This document shows positions 27,499-35,458 of a stretch of DNA of 38,283 nucleotides, one piece after another. How positions within the stretch are numbered: the first letter of the stretch is position 1; every line of letters starts with the position of its first letter. The position numbers and the translations under genes were made by a program. This DNA is from a virus (taxonomy: Duplodnaviria > Caudoviricetes). The DNA is taken from positions 1 to 38,283 of IMG/VR virus record IMGVR_UViG_3300031831_000005; one strand, 5' to 3'. The notes under the pieces are model-generated. The model ran no database searches, was not told where the DNA came from, and saw only the letters and a list, made by a program, of their open reading frames with translations.

Positions 27499-28340
27499 AG
27501 CGCCTTGATTGGGTGAGTACGGCTGTCCTCGTTAGCCCACGGGAAGTCGCAGGTTCTGTCGACTCTCTCTGGTCCCTGGAAGGTGCATTTCTTCAGCTTC
27601 TCGCAGGTGATCTTGACGTGAGGTTCTAGGTACGGGTGAGACTCCACTATGAGCTTGCCCATCGCCCGGACGACCTTGACCATCTCGGCCTGGAACATGA
27701 CGCAGGCTCGGTATGCGTACATCTCCAGGAATGTGCGCAGACTGTATTCGCACATAATGAAGTTGGTGGTGCCTTCAGGGAGAATGTAGCGCGCATCCTC
27801 GTACGGGATGTCCTGCTCGATGGCCTCATTGTATACTCGGTGCGCCGCGCGGAGAACGCCGATCCACCTGTCACGGAGGCTCTTATCTGTCCATACCGAT
27901 TCCGGCATGCGGAACTCAGGATGGTCGCCGTACCAGCAATCACGCTGTGATTGCTGCTTGAAAGCGGCTTGGCGGGTCCGGACGAGCTGATGCGTGAGTA
28001 CGCGGGACGCGCCGCGTACGGCGAACTCAAATCGGATGTCTTCAGCGCTCTGGTAGGCGAGTCCGCCCTTCATGAACGCGCCGAATTCATCCGCGTTGAG
28101 CATCGAGTCGGGGGCACCGCGGCTTGCAGCGCGGGCGTAGCGGCTGATGATGTCGAAGTCCATGTCCGCGAAGTCTCGGATCAAGGCGACTTGAAGGCCG
28201 TCCTCGCCGATGCTGATGATCCCGTTGTCGGATGGGCTCGCAGGTCCATCGTCATTACTGCGCCGACGGCTGTCGGCATGGAAAGTCTCATCGCGAGGGA
28301 GCCTGTCATCGTAGGCTCGTGATGGCCTGTAGTCTTTCAT
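27495..28340 (-). CDS. thyX: FAD-dependent thymidylate synthase (ThyX)-family protein, atypical motifs
   Basis: GASRVLTHQLVRTRQAAFKQQSQR and EDARYILPEGTT; ATG 28340 after AGGAAGG. Confidence 0.85.
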   Translation of the reverse strand: MKDYRPSRAYDDRLPRDETFHADSRRRSNDDGPASPSDNGIISIGEDGLQVALIRDFADMDFDIISRYARAASRGAPDSMLNADEFGAFMKGGLAYQSAEDIRFEFAVRGASRVLTHQLVRTRQAAFKQQSQRDCWYGDHPEFRMPESVWTDKSLRDRWIGVLRAAHRVYNEAIEQDIPYEDARYILPEGTTNFIMCEYSLRTFLEMYAYRACVMFQAEMVKVVRAMGKLIVESHPYLEPHVKITCEKLKKCTFQGPERVDRTCDFPWANEDSRTHPIKAL

Positions 28341-28353
28341 GATTGCCTTCCTG

Positions 28354-29157
28354 TTAGAGGACGCGATCCCACACGGGCTGCCGTTGCATCGAGAGGATCG
28401 CGTCGCGTACTTCATAGTAGGCAGTGTCAACCCATACTTGATTTTTCCATGCGCCGAAGCGGCCGGTGCCTAGGACGTGAGGGTAACACGTACAGTTGTG
28501 CCTGATAGGCTTGCGGATGGTGAATGGTTGCTGCTCTTGGGGAGCACTGCCCACGAGCCACTCCGTGCAGCTGTTGCCCAACAACCACGCGGAGCGGACC
28601 CATGGATAGTCGTTGCCGGCGTTGAAGATGGTAGTGTCCTCGGGCTGATCTGGGTAGGACGTTCCCATCGTGATCTCGACGGCCTTGAATTTGAACTGAT
28701 GTAGGGTACTCGTACACAGATTGTTTAGCGGCGCTGTGTTCACCACGAGAGCGAACTGCTCATGCATATATTTCAATTGTGAAGGCGTGACTAGTTCAGT
28801 TCGCCGGATGGTGTGAAGGTCCGCGCCGGTCATGTAACGGTTCCACATGAGGTCGTACGCCTCGATGTGCTTCCAGCAGTGGTAGCCCTCTTGTAGTATG
28901 TCGCCGTTGATGCCGATGTTGATATCACCGTAGAGCTTGTAGCGGTAATCGAGTATGGACCCGCCGATGACGATCTGCCTGATGTACCCGTCCGGGTGAT
29001 CGGTCGTGATACCAGGGATCGGCCTCTGCAGGACGAGCGGCCCACGCTGAGGCGATTTGACGCCAGGCGAGAATATCACGACATCCGCGCCTAGCCCGCG
29101 AGCGGCGTGTACCGCCGCGAGCCCGGCTGGTCCGCACCCGATTACTGCTACTTGCAT
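28354..29157 (-). CDS. Flavin/NAD(P)-binding oxidoreductase
   Basis: N-terminal VAVIGCGPAGLAA Rossmann motif, VVNTAPL, C-terminal GRFGAWK; ATG 29157 in a TGATG overlap. Confidence 0.85.
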   Translation of the reverse strand: MQVAVIGCGPAGLAAVHAARGLGADVVIFSPGVKSPQRGPLVLQRPIPGITTDHPDGYIRQIVIGGSILDYRYKLYGDINIGINGDILQEGYHCWKHIEAYDLMWNRYMTGADLHTIRRTELVTPSQLKYMHEQFALVVNTAPLNNLCTSTLHQFKFKAVEITMGTSYPDQPEDTTIFNAGNDYPWVRSAWLLGNSCTEWLVGSAPQEQQPFTIRKPIRHNCTCYPHVLGTGRFGAWKNQVWVDTAYYEVRDAILSMQRQPVWDRVL

Positions 29158-29258
29158 CAGTACTGCTCTCTCTCCGGTAGATTGTACTGCCGACGCCACG
29201 ACATTTCCATAAGCTGCTGATGTAGCTCGTTACGTATGCGGGCTACTTCAGCGAGCAT
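29157..29258 (-). CDS. Possible 33-aa peptide
   Basis: MLAEVARIRNELHQQLMEMSWRRQYNLPEREQY*; its stop overlaps the oxidoreductase ATG; weak RBS. Confidence 0.35.
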   Translation of the reverse strand: MLAEVARIRNELHQQLMEMSWRRQYNLPEREQY

Positions 29259-29268
29259 TTCGTCTTGG

Positions 29269-30138
29269 CTAAAACGGCAGTTCCTCGTTGCTGCCGTATC
29301 CGCGCCGATCGCGGTCTGCGGCTCGCCCGGCTGCCGCCTTGTTGTCCCGAACCCGCCCCCTGGTGGTCTCCCGCGCTGGAGCGCGACTGTTGGTACGGGC
29401 GGCGGGACGAGTCGTGGTGGTACCGCGACGGCGTTGAACTGGAGGCTCAGGCTCTGCTTCCTCTTCGGGCTCGTCCTCGTACTCGTCTTCTGCATCGTCG
29501 TCATACTCGTCGTCGTCGTCCTCGTTCTCATCCGGCTCGGGCTCTGGTTCGGCACGGCGGCGGGATGCTGCGGCGGGCTTGGCGCGGGCTGGCCGGCGGG
29601 CGGGACGCTCTTCTGGTTCCTCATCTGCCTCCGGCTCTTCGAATGGGAGCCAGCCGTCCCAGTCGACCTTCGCCACGAGGTCGCCGTCGAGGTTGCGATC
29701 GCGCTTGATGATTACCCGGCAGAGGGCGTCGTCGCTGCCGACTTCCCAGTCGGCGATCGAGTTGATAGGCGTTCCGACGTTGTCGTCTTCGACCTCGACA
29801 TCCATGCTGCTGAACACGTCGTGAGTCGTGAGGTCGAAGTTGGTTAGGAATGCCATGTACCGGCGCGCAGACGGCTTGCTCCAGGTAAGCGGTTCCCAAA
29901 CGGGGAGCCCGTTGAACTCTTCGTATTTACCGTCGTTCTGCTCCGCGATGAGCAGGAGCTTGGTCTGCTGGTCACCGCCGCTACTCAGCGTCATCCAGGC
30001 TTTGGTAACCCGCATGTTGAGTGGTGTACCTGTCTTGGGGATTTCGCCGAGATAGTTCTGACGACGCTCGCCTGGGTCGTACGGTGCGTCGAGCGCCTTG
30101 GGATCGAACTCGGTACGCTTGAACTTCATTTTGGCCAT
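29269..30138 (-). CDS. Putative ssDNA-binding protein (OB-fold-like N-terminus, acidic/basic tail ending EELPF)
   Basis: Follows a Sak4-like ATPase and exonuclease; SSB-type C-terminal tip ELPF. Confidence 0.65.
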   Translation of the reverse strand: MAKMKFKRTEFDPKALDAPYDPGERRQNYLGEIPKTGTPLNMRVTKAWMTLSSGGDQQTKLLLIAEQNDGKYEEFNGLPVWEPLTWSKPSARRYMAFLTNFDLTTHDVFSSMDVEVEDDNVGTPINSIADWEVGSDDALCRVIIKRDRNLDGDLVAKVDWDGWLPFEEPEADEEPEERPARRPARAKPAAASRRRAEPEPEPDENEDDDDEYDDDAEDEYEDEPEEEAEPEPPVQRRRGTTTTRPAARTNSRAPARETTRGRVRDNKAAAGRAADRDRRGYGSNEELPF

Positions 30139-30156
30139 GATAGATTGCCTTCCTTG

Positions 30157-31032
30157 CTATGCTCGTGCCCTAGTTTCTGAAGTTTCTGCTTTGGCGGCCT
30201 TGCGGACATCTGGAGGTATCGACATGATGTCTGTGATCATGTCCTGAATTATGTCGAACTCGCCGTCCTCGATCACCTCCCATGGCGGTAGAGCGCGGTA
30301 CCTGTCCTTGCCGAAGTACGGCGGGAAGGTATCGTTGGTTATGATGGCCCGGCGTGGATCGTCGAGGTTCTTGCGCTTCTCCACGCGGAGGCAGGATACG
30401 ATGTCCATCTCCGCGCAGTAGTTGTTGGCAATGGTATAGTCCTTGCCGACGATGTTCGGCAGTACGATTGACTCGCCTTCAGGGTCTTCCTTGTGCATCG
30501 AGGTCGCGATGAAGATCGAGTTGTACGGTGCGTCGATGATTCGCTGAATGAACCGCAGGAACATGCGCTGCCACTTCTGGTGATCTTGTAGTTGCGGTAT
30601 GTCAAGGTCGCGCGACTCATTCTCTTCATGCTGGACTTCAAGCCACCAGCGAATAAGTAGCTCCTGCATCTTGGAGCTGCTATCGACGGTGAGCCAGTCG
30701 TCGGGAGTTAGGTTCTTGTCGGCCCAGTCAAGGCTGGCCTCGACATATGGCCAGGAGGGCGCGCGGAGTAGCTTGGCAGTGGCGCCTACTCGCTTAGCCG
30801 CGACGATGCCCTTCTCTGTGCTGAGAATATGGTTGTTCGGGGCGAATGCCGCGAGGACAGTTTTGCCTACGCCGCTGTTGCCGAATATGCACCAGTTGAC
30901 AGATTCGTTGAAGTCCTGCAGGTCCTCGGGGTGAACTGTTATCTTGGGGACTTGCGAGTTGACAACCCTGAGGTTAGTTGCTGGTCTCCGTTCCGCTGCC
31001 GTCTTACGCTGGGTCGGTCGTCGTGTTGCCAT
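30157..31032 (-). CDS. AAA/RecA-like ATPase (Sak4-like recombinase)
   Basis: Walker A GNSGVGKT, Walker B LTVDS, C-terminal FGKDR. Confidence 0.85.
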   Translation of the reverse strand: MATRRPTQRKTAAERRPATNLRVVNSQVPKITVHPEDLQDFNESVNWCIFGNSGVGKTVLAAFAPNNHILSTEKGIVAAKRVGATAKLLRAPSWPYVEASLDWADKNLTPDDWLTVDSSSKMQELLIRWWLEVQHEENESRDLDIPQLQDHQKWQRMFLRFIQRIIDAPYNSIFIATSMHKEDPEGESIVLPNIVGKDYTIANNYCAEMDIVSCLRVEKRKNLDDPRRAIITNDTFPPYFGKDRYRALPPWEVIEDGEFDIIQDMITDIMSIPPDVRKAAKAETSETRARA

Positions 31033-31303
31033 CGAGAGCCTTTCCTATTAGTTGCTCTTCCTGCCAGTGGCCTACGAGCGTTAGCGCTTGTGGCAGCTGG
31101 CACCTAGTGCACCGTACGAGAACATTAGTCTGGGCTGATGCGAACGGCATTGCCGGCTTGAACGGAGCGTTTACCCCGAGCACCACCCAGTAGTGCTCGC
31201 ACAAGCCAATTTGTATGCGATCAAGCATTTCAGCTACCAGGCCGCGAGCAGCCTGATATGAGTCAGATTGCTGCTCTTCTGCTTGCTGTGTCTCCTGGTT
31301 CAT
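31004..31303 (-). CDS. Hypothetical protein with C-x-H and CxxC motifs
   Basis: ATG 31303 overlaps the upstream stop (ATGA); CEHYW...RCTRCQ. Confidence 0.6.
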   Translation of the reverse strand: MNQETQQAEEQQSDSYQAARGLVAEMLDRIQIGLCEHYWVVLGVNAPFKPAMPFASAQTNVLVRCTRCQLPQALTLVGHWQEEQLIGKALDGNTTTDPA

Positions 31304-32301
31304 CCTGCTGCCGACTTCCTGTCGTCGCCGTATGGGTTGACTACTGTATAATGGAGGTCCCTGAATTCCTGCCACGCGGTACCTCCACGCTCGTGGAGGC
31401 GGCACATGTCAAAGAATGGGCAGGATGGGCACATGTCCGTTATTGACTTGAGGATCGGTAGCTCGCCGGAACGCATCTTGTTCATGACGGTCACCTCGTC
31501 GGCGATGCGGCGTATTTGCTGCTTGACCTCGCGGGGGCTGCGATCGACAAACTCGCGGATGAATGCAGGCGGAGGCTGACGCTTGGAAATGCTACCGTTC
31601 TTGTTAAGGTATGCGCCCGCGTTGTTACGCTCGCGCCGGTCAGGCCGGGACTTGCGAAGGAAATTGTAATTTATGCCCTCGATATGCTCACGCTTGCTTA
31701 GAATACCCTGATGACGTAGTACGAGAGTGGCTACCGCGAAGTATGCGCCCGCCTGATCATCGAGCGGTAGGTGCTGTAGCTTGATGGATGCGGCAGTTTT
31801 GTGTTCTAGGAGTTCAATGTGGTTGAATTGGTGGTTGATAGCAACGCCGTCGAAGCGGCTACGGAAAATGGCTATTACTTGACCTTGCTCGTCGACGATT
31901 TCAATTTCAAACGGCTGCTCAATGGCGAGTATCTCAAGCTTGGGGTCATCGTCGTAAACTTCGAGATAGTGATCAAGCATCGCGATGCCCAGTTCTGTTG
32001 CTTGCTCATAGACTGGCTCATCGAACCACTCGCGATCGTGATCAGCGAAGTTAGCCTTGATGTAGCGTATCTCGCCTTCAGTCCAGTCTTCCCAGGTGTC
32101 AGCAGGGACAGCGCCCCGGTCGAATCCCTCGCCATACCAGTTTGCCAGGGCCTCATGAATGCCCAGGCCGAACCAGAGTGCAGAGGCGGGCTTCTGCTTC
32201 GACTGCAGCCCGCAAAGATACGCCCATTCCCAGCGTTTGTTGCAGCGCCTGAATGCGGTGCGCTCACTGGTCCTGAGAACTGGGGGTTTTGGTGCTTTCA
32301 C
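31300..32301 (-). CDS. PD-(D/E)XK exonuclease, Cas4/RecB-like
   Basis: RTSE...FRRC, RFDGV...LEHKT, QAGAY, CPSCPFFDMC (Fe-S staple cysteines). Confidence 0.88.
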   Translation of the reverse strand: MKAPKPPVLRTSERTAFRRCNKRWEWAYLCGLQSKQKPASALWFGLGIHEALANWYGEGFDRGAVPADTWEDWTEGEIRYIKANFADHDREWFDEPVYEQATELGIAMLDHYLEVYDDDPKLEILAIEQPFEIEIVDEQGQVIAIFRSRFDGVAINHQFNHIELLEHKTAASIKLQHLPLDDQAGAYFAVATLVLRHQGILSKREHIEGINYNFLRKSRPDRRERNNAGAYLNKNGSISKRQPPPAFIREFVDRSPREVKQQIRRIADEVTVMNKMRSGELPILKSITDMCPSCPFFDMCRLHERGGTAWQEFRDLHYTVVNPYGDDRKSAAG

Positions 32302-32390
32302 CTTTGGTGCCTTCCTCGATTTCCGCTAGTCCTATCGTACCCTAGTCCGCGAGGTACGTCTAGCCCCTTATCGGTATCGCGTACGAGCGG

Positions 32391-32425
32391 CGTGGGCCGG
32401 TATAACCCTCCGGTACCGGCCCACG
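32391..32425. other. 12-bp stem-loop
   Basis: CGTGGGCCGGTA / TACCGGCCCACG. Confidence 0.6.
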
Positions 32426-32448
32426 CGCCCGGTCGCGCCGTAGGCGGC

Positions 32449-32559
32449 CTAGGCGATCTTGTCGCCCTCCATCATCTGCCAGATGTCAGTCTGGCCCTGG
32501 GGACGGCCAGCAACTCCGGAAATGGGACCAGATTGTCCCTGGGAACCTTTTGCGTTCAT
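32449..32559 (-). CDS. 36-aa peptide (not in the ORF track)
   Basis: Perfect AGGAGGT RBS; MNAKGSQGQSGPISGVAGRPQGQTDIWQMMEGDKIA*. Confidence 0.6.
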   Translation of the reverse strand: MNAKGSQGQSGPISGVAGRPQGQTDIWQMMEGDKIA

Positions 32560-32591
32560 ATTCACCTCCTGATAGCCCTAGTAGTTGTAGG

Positions 32592-32628
32592 GCGGGCACC
32601 TGAACCTCTGTGGCACCCAGGTGCCCGC
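32592..32628. other. 11-bp stem-loop downstream of the lectin gene
   Basis: GCGGGCACCTG / CAGGTGCCCGC. Confidence 0.55.
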
Positions 32629-32638
32629 GTCTGTGGGC

Positions 32639-33151
32639 TTAGAGCTGCCACCAGTAGGCGCTGTTGGTGTACCAGACATCGGTTGGCCAGCCGACGATCG
32701 GATTACCCTGAGCTATCCGGCCTGACTTGTTGGCCAGCCAGTCGCCGTTGGCGTTCTCAAAGGCGGTGTAACCGTACTGGGTACCTGCCGTGCGGAACGC
32801 CTGGGAGTTGTGACCGTTGCATGCGTATAGCGTCGCGTTCTGCTGGTGTAGGTCGCCTGGGAGATCGACACAGTAGTTGCCGTGCGACTCGTTACCCTGA
32901 ATTATGTCCACCCACCCCGGCCCGTAACTGGACGCGGTAACGTACCAGTCCTGCGAGATGAGACTGTTGTTGCATGGGTAGAGCTTGAGCGGGGCTCCGT
33001 TGCTAAGTGCGGTGGCCTCGACGCACCATCCGGTGTTCTCGCCGCTCTTCCATGGGAAAGGTCCTGATGCGTGGGCGCTGCTGGGCGCAAGGAACGCGAA
33101 GCTGGTGATGGCTATGATGGCCGTGATCAGGAAGGCGAGCTTTCGTTTCAC
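32639..33151 (-). CDS. Secreted ricin-B-type (beta-trefoil) lectin
   Basis: GTG after AGGAG; signal peptide MKRKLAFLITAIIAITSFAFLAPSSAHA; WCVE...LYPCN...QDW and YCVD...LYACN...QAF repeats. Confidence 0.85.
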   Translation of the reverse strand: MKRKLAFLITAIIAITSFAFLAPSSAHASGPFPWKSGENTGWCVEATALSNGAPLKLYPCNNSLISQDWYVTASSYGPGWVDIIQGNESHGNYCVDLPGDLHQQNATLYACNGHNSQAFRTAGTQYGYTAFENANGDWLANKSGRIAQGNPIVGWPTDVWYTNSAYWWQL

Positions 33152-33179
33152 TGATGTTTCTCCTGCCCTAGTTGTTTTG

Positions 33180-33785
33180 TTACGAGACGGATACCAAGGA
33201 TCGCTTGGGCTCCGGTGAGTCAAGCTCATATTTTGGCTTGGCCCAAACACCACGGAATGGCCTTCTGTAAAAGCATTCCCATGAGTATGGCTTGACGCCT
33301 GCAAATGCGGCGATGAGGACTGAGCCGGGGCGCATCGCGTCATGGACGGAGCGCTCCCATTTGGCCTCGAAGATGTCGTTCTTGAACGGGCGCGCGATGT
33401 ATACGATGTCGAATGCTGACCAGATTGGCTGGTTGTCGAGGTCGCCAAGATCGCGTAGCTCGCACTGGACATCCAGTGCCTTGGCTTTGGCGATGTAGTC
33501 AGGGTTGATCTCGTAGCCGTACTCTGTGAGCCGGTACTTGTGCTTGGCGAGGTAGAGCTTGGTGCCTATGCCAGAGCCTGCTTCCGCGAGTGAAATTGGG
33601 CCGGGACTATGCGAGTCTGTTTCATGGAAGTAGTCGTAAGCGACACTGAGCATGATGTCGAACTCGGCAATTTCGAGTGGGCTCCAACGCCAGATGACAG
33701 GATCGGGCTCGGTGGTCTCGCGCTCTTTGAGTAGCTGGGCCATTTCCATCTTGTGAAGTTCTTCAAGCGTTAGTTGCTTGTCCAT
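33180..33785 (-). CDS. Class I SAM-dependent methyltransferase
   Basis: EAGSGIGTK motif I, GYEIN, FDIVYIARPF, MRPGSVLI. Confidence 0.85.
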   Translation of the reverse strand: MDKQLTLEELHKMEMAQLLKERETTEPDPVIWRWSPLEIAEFDIMLSVAYDYFHETDSHSPGPISLAEAGSGIGTKLYLAKHKYRLTEYGYEINPDYIAKAKALDVQCELRDLGDLDNQPIWSAFDIVYIARPFKNDIFEAKWERSVHDAMRPGSVLIAAFAGVKPYSWECFYRRPFRGVWAKPKYELDSPEPKRSLVSVS

Positions 33786-33794
33786 GCTTGCTCC

Positions 33795-33833
33795 AAAACC
33801 GGAACGCCCCATCAATCGCATGGGGCGTTCCGG
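33795..33833 (-). terminator. Intrinsic terminator (leftward)
   Basis: Perfect 14-bp stem CCGGAACGCCCCAT / ATGGGGCGTTCCGG with 7-nt loop, followed by TTTT on the minus strand. Confidence 0.8.
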
Positions 33834-33858
33834 CGTCCTCAGGTTGGGCCGCTACTTG

Positions 33859-34437
33859 CTAGTAGGCGGCGGCGGGGTTGTCGTCCTCGGCGGCGGCTCG
33901 GCGCTGACGACGGCTGGTACGTGCCGGCTTGGCCGGCTCGGGCTCGGCCTTGGCGGCGGGCTGACGGCGACCGGAGCGGCGAGGCGCAGGTGCCTCTTCG
34001 GGCTCGTTGTCCTCGTCGGTCTCGGGCTCGTTGTCCTCGTCCTCGTCCTCGTCCTCGATGTCGAGGTCGGGCTCAGGCTCGGGCTTGCGTCCCCGGCGAG
34101 TGGGCTTGGCCTTGCCGGTGCGCCGAGTCGGCTGCTCTTCCTCGTTGTCGTCGTCCGGTTCCTCGACCTTGTTACGACGGTTGCGGTCGTCCTCGGCCCA
34201 GAAGTCGCTGCGCTGGAAGTCCATGCGAAGCGATCCGCCGAGAGCGACTGACTTGGGGTCGAGGTCGATTCCGACGACATCCTCCAGCCACTCGTGGAAC
34301 GCCTCCATGGTTGGCGTGATCTTCTTGTCGGCGTAGACGGTGTAGTCCTTCTCGCCGTTGAGCGATGCGGCTGGCTCGGGCTCGGGCGCTGCCTGGCGCC
34401 TTTGGGTAGCCCTTCTTGCTGCTGGCATTGTACTCAC
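33859..34437 (-). CDS. Hypothetical protein with a long acidic/basic low-complexity tail
   Basis: High GC3; small folded core (YADKKITPT...LRMDFQRS); start may be ATG ~34428. Confidence 0.75.
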   Translation of the reverse strand: MSTMPAARRATQRRQAAPEPEPAASLNGEKDYTVYADKKITPTMEAFHEWLEDVVGIDLDPKSVALGGSLRMDFQRSDFWAEDDRNRRNKVEEPDDDNEEEQPTRRTGKAKPTRRGRKPEPEPDLDIEDEDEDEDNEPETDEDNEPEEAPAPRRSGRRQPAAKAEPEPAKPARTSRRQRRAAAEDDNPAAAY

Positions 34438-34465
34438 TCCCTAGGTAGTTGAATGCCTTTTCTCA

Positions 34466-34495
34466 AGTATAGCGTACCGGATGAAAATACGCTAG
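34466..34495 (-). promoter_or_regulatory. Putative leftward promoter with overlapping inverted repeat
   Basis: TATACT -10-like hexamer (34471-34466) in an AT-rich gap; AGCGTA (34471-76) / TACGCT (34488-93). Confidence 0.5.
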
Positions 34496-34528
34496 TACCT
34501 TTCGGATATTTTCAGGATTATTTTCTTG

Positions 34529-34753
34529 TCAGCTATAGAGATCATCCACGTCGATGTCGAGTATCTCTGCAGCGTACGTAGCGTAGCCGGCCTTTGGAGT
34601 TGCTATCCCGGCCATCCACCGGGCGATGGCGGCTACGCTCGCGCCCATCTCCTCAGCCAGCTCCGTCGGTGTCATGTTCGCATCATCGAGCGCCTTGATG
34701 AACGCCTTCCGATTGAACACCGGAGCTGGCTGAGGCTTCGCGGCCGCAGTCAT
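34529..34753 (-). CDS. XRE/Cro-type HTH DNA-binding protein
   Basis: MTPTELAEEMGASVAAIARWMAGIATPK...AEILDIDVDDL. Confidence 0.88.
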   Translation of the reverse strand: MTAAAKPQPAPVFNRKAFIKALDDANMTPTELAEEMGASVAAIARWMAGIATPKAGYATYAAEILDIDVDDLYS

Positions 34754-34756
34754 GGT

Positions 34757-35458
34757 TTAGTTGTCACCCCCTCCGTCCTCATCGAACATGTTCTTGAGGA
34801 ACTGCTCTACCTCGTCCGCGCCCGGTGTGGTGAGCGCGAGGTACTCGCGGTAATCCTCAGGAACAATGGAGTGCGGCAGGAGAGCCGGCACATTGTATGC
34901 TTCCGCGATCTGCTTGAGTTGTGAATGCGGAAGCGTGAATACCGTGTCAAGCAGCAGGATCGCCGCTACGCGGGCGTACGCTGCGCGGAAGCCCTGCGAT
35001 GCGGGAATCACGCGCCCGCCTAGCTCCACGACCCCGAGCACCGGCCCCCGGATCGCGTAGTTGCCCTGTACGATCTCGACGCCAAGGTATTGGTTGATGA
35101 CCTCGATGCTCGTCGTCGCGTAGATACCGCAGGCGCAATCTTTCTTGGGTATCGGGCCATGATCCGGGTTAGCGGCAGCTGCGGCGGCGCTCAGGTCGAG
35201 ACGACCGCAGTGAGCCACGAGTGGCTTGGTACCGTCTGGCCATCCGCCCTGTCCCTCCGGGTCTGCGAGCGCGCGGTGAATCCAGCCGACGCGCCGGTAT
35301 GTCATCTTGGGTCCGCCCGCCTTGCCGGTGAGGTCTGGCGCGTTGATCGAGAGCAGCTTGCCCTCGTCGCTGAGCCGCCAGGTGCGGAACGCGAGCGCGG
35401 TCGTCGGTACGTCCGGAACGCCATCCGGCTTGATGTCGTCGCCGATCTGGTCACTCAT
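34757..35458 (-). CDS. Conserved hypothetical (RxW...CxCGIYA...GFRA family)
   Basis: AFRTWRL, CACGIYA, VLGVVELGGRV...GFRAAYARV. Confidence 0.75.
   Translation of the reverse strand: MSDQIGDDIKPDGVPDVPTTALAFRTWRLSDEGKLLSINAPDLTGKAGGPKMTYRRVGWIHRALADPEGQGGWPDGTKPLVAHCGRLDLSAAAAAANPDHGPIPKKDCACGIYATTSIEVINQYLGVEIVQGNYAIRGPVLGVVELGGRVIPASQGFRAAYARVAAILLLDTVFTLPHSQLKQIAEAYNVPALLPHSIVPEDYREYLALTTPGADEVEQFLKNMFDEDGGGDN

Noticed and set aside
29236-29847. Plus-strand ORF that looks like a membrane protein
   Set aside because: Its Leu/Val run is the antisense shadow of Glu/Asp codons in the minus-strand SSB-like gene.
31300-32301. Cas4-like gene as part of a CRISPR system
   Set aside because: No repeat-spacer array or other cas genes seen; it sits in the usual exonuclease-ATPase-SSB recombination module.
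31819-32940. 373-aa plus-strand ORF
   Set aside because: Overlaps the exonuclease, a peptide and the lectin on the opposite strand; no motif and atypical composition.
33152-33472. N-terminal extension of the lectin ORF to 277 aa
   Set aside because: Overlaps the methyltransferase; the RBS and signal peptide point to GTG 33151.
33774-34336. Several plus-strand ORFs, including a hydrophobic 157-aa one
   Set aside because: Antisense shadows of the acidic 33859..34437 gene.
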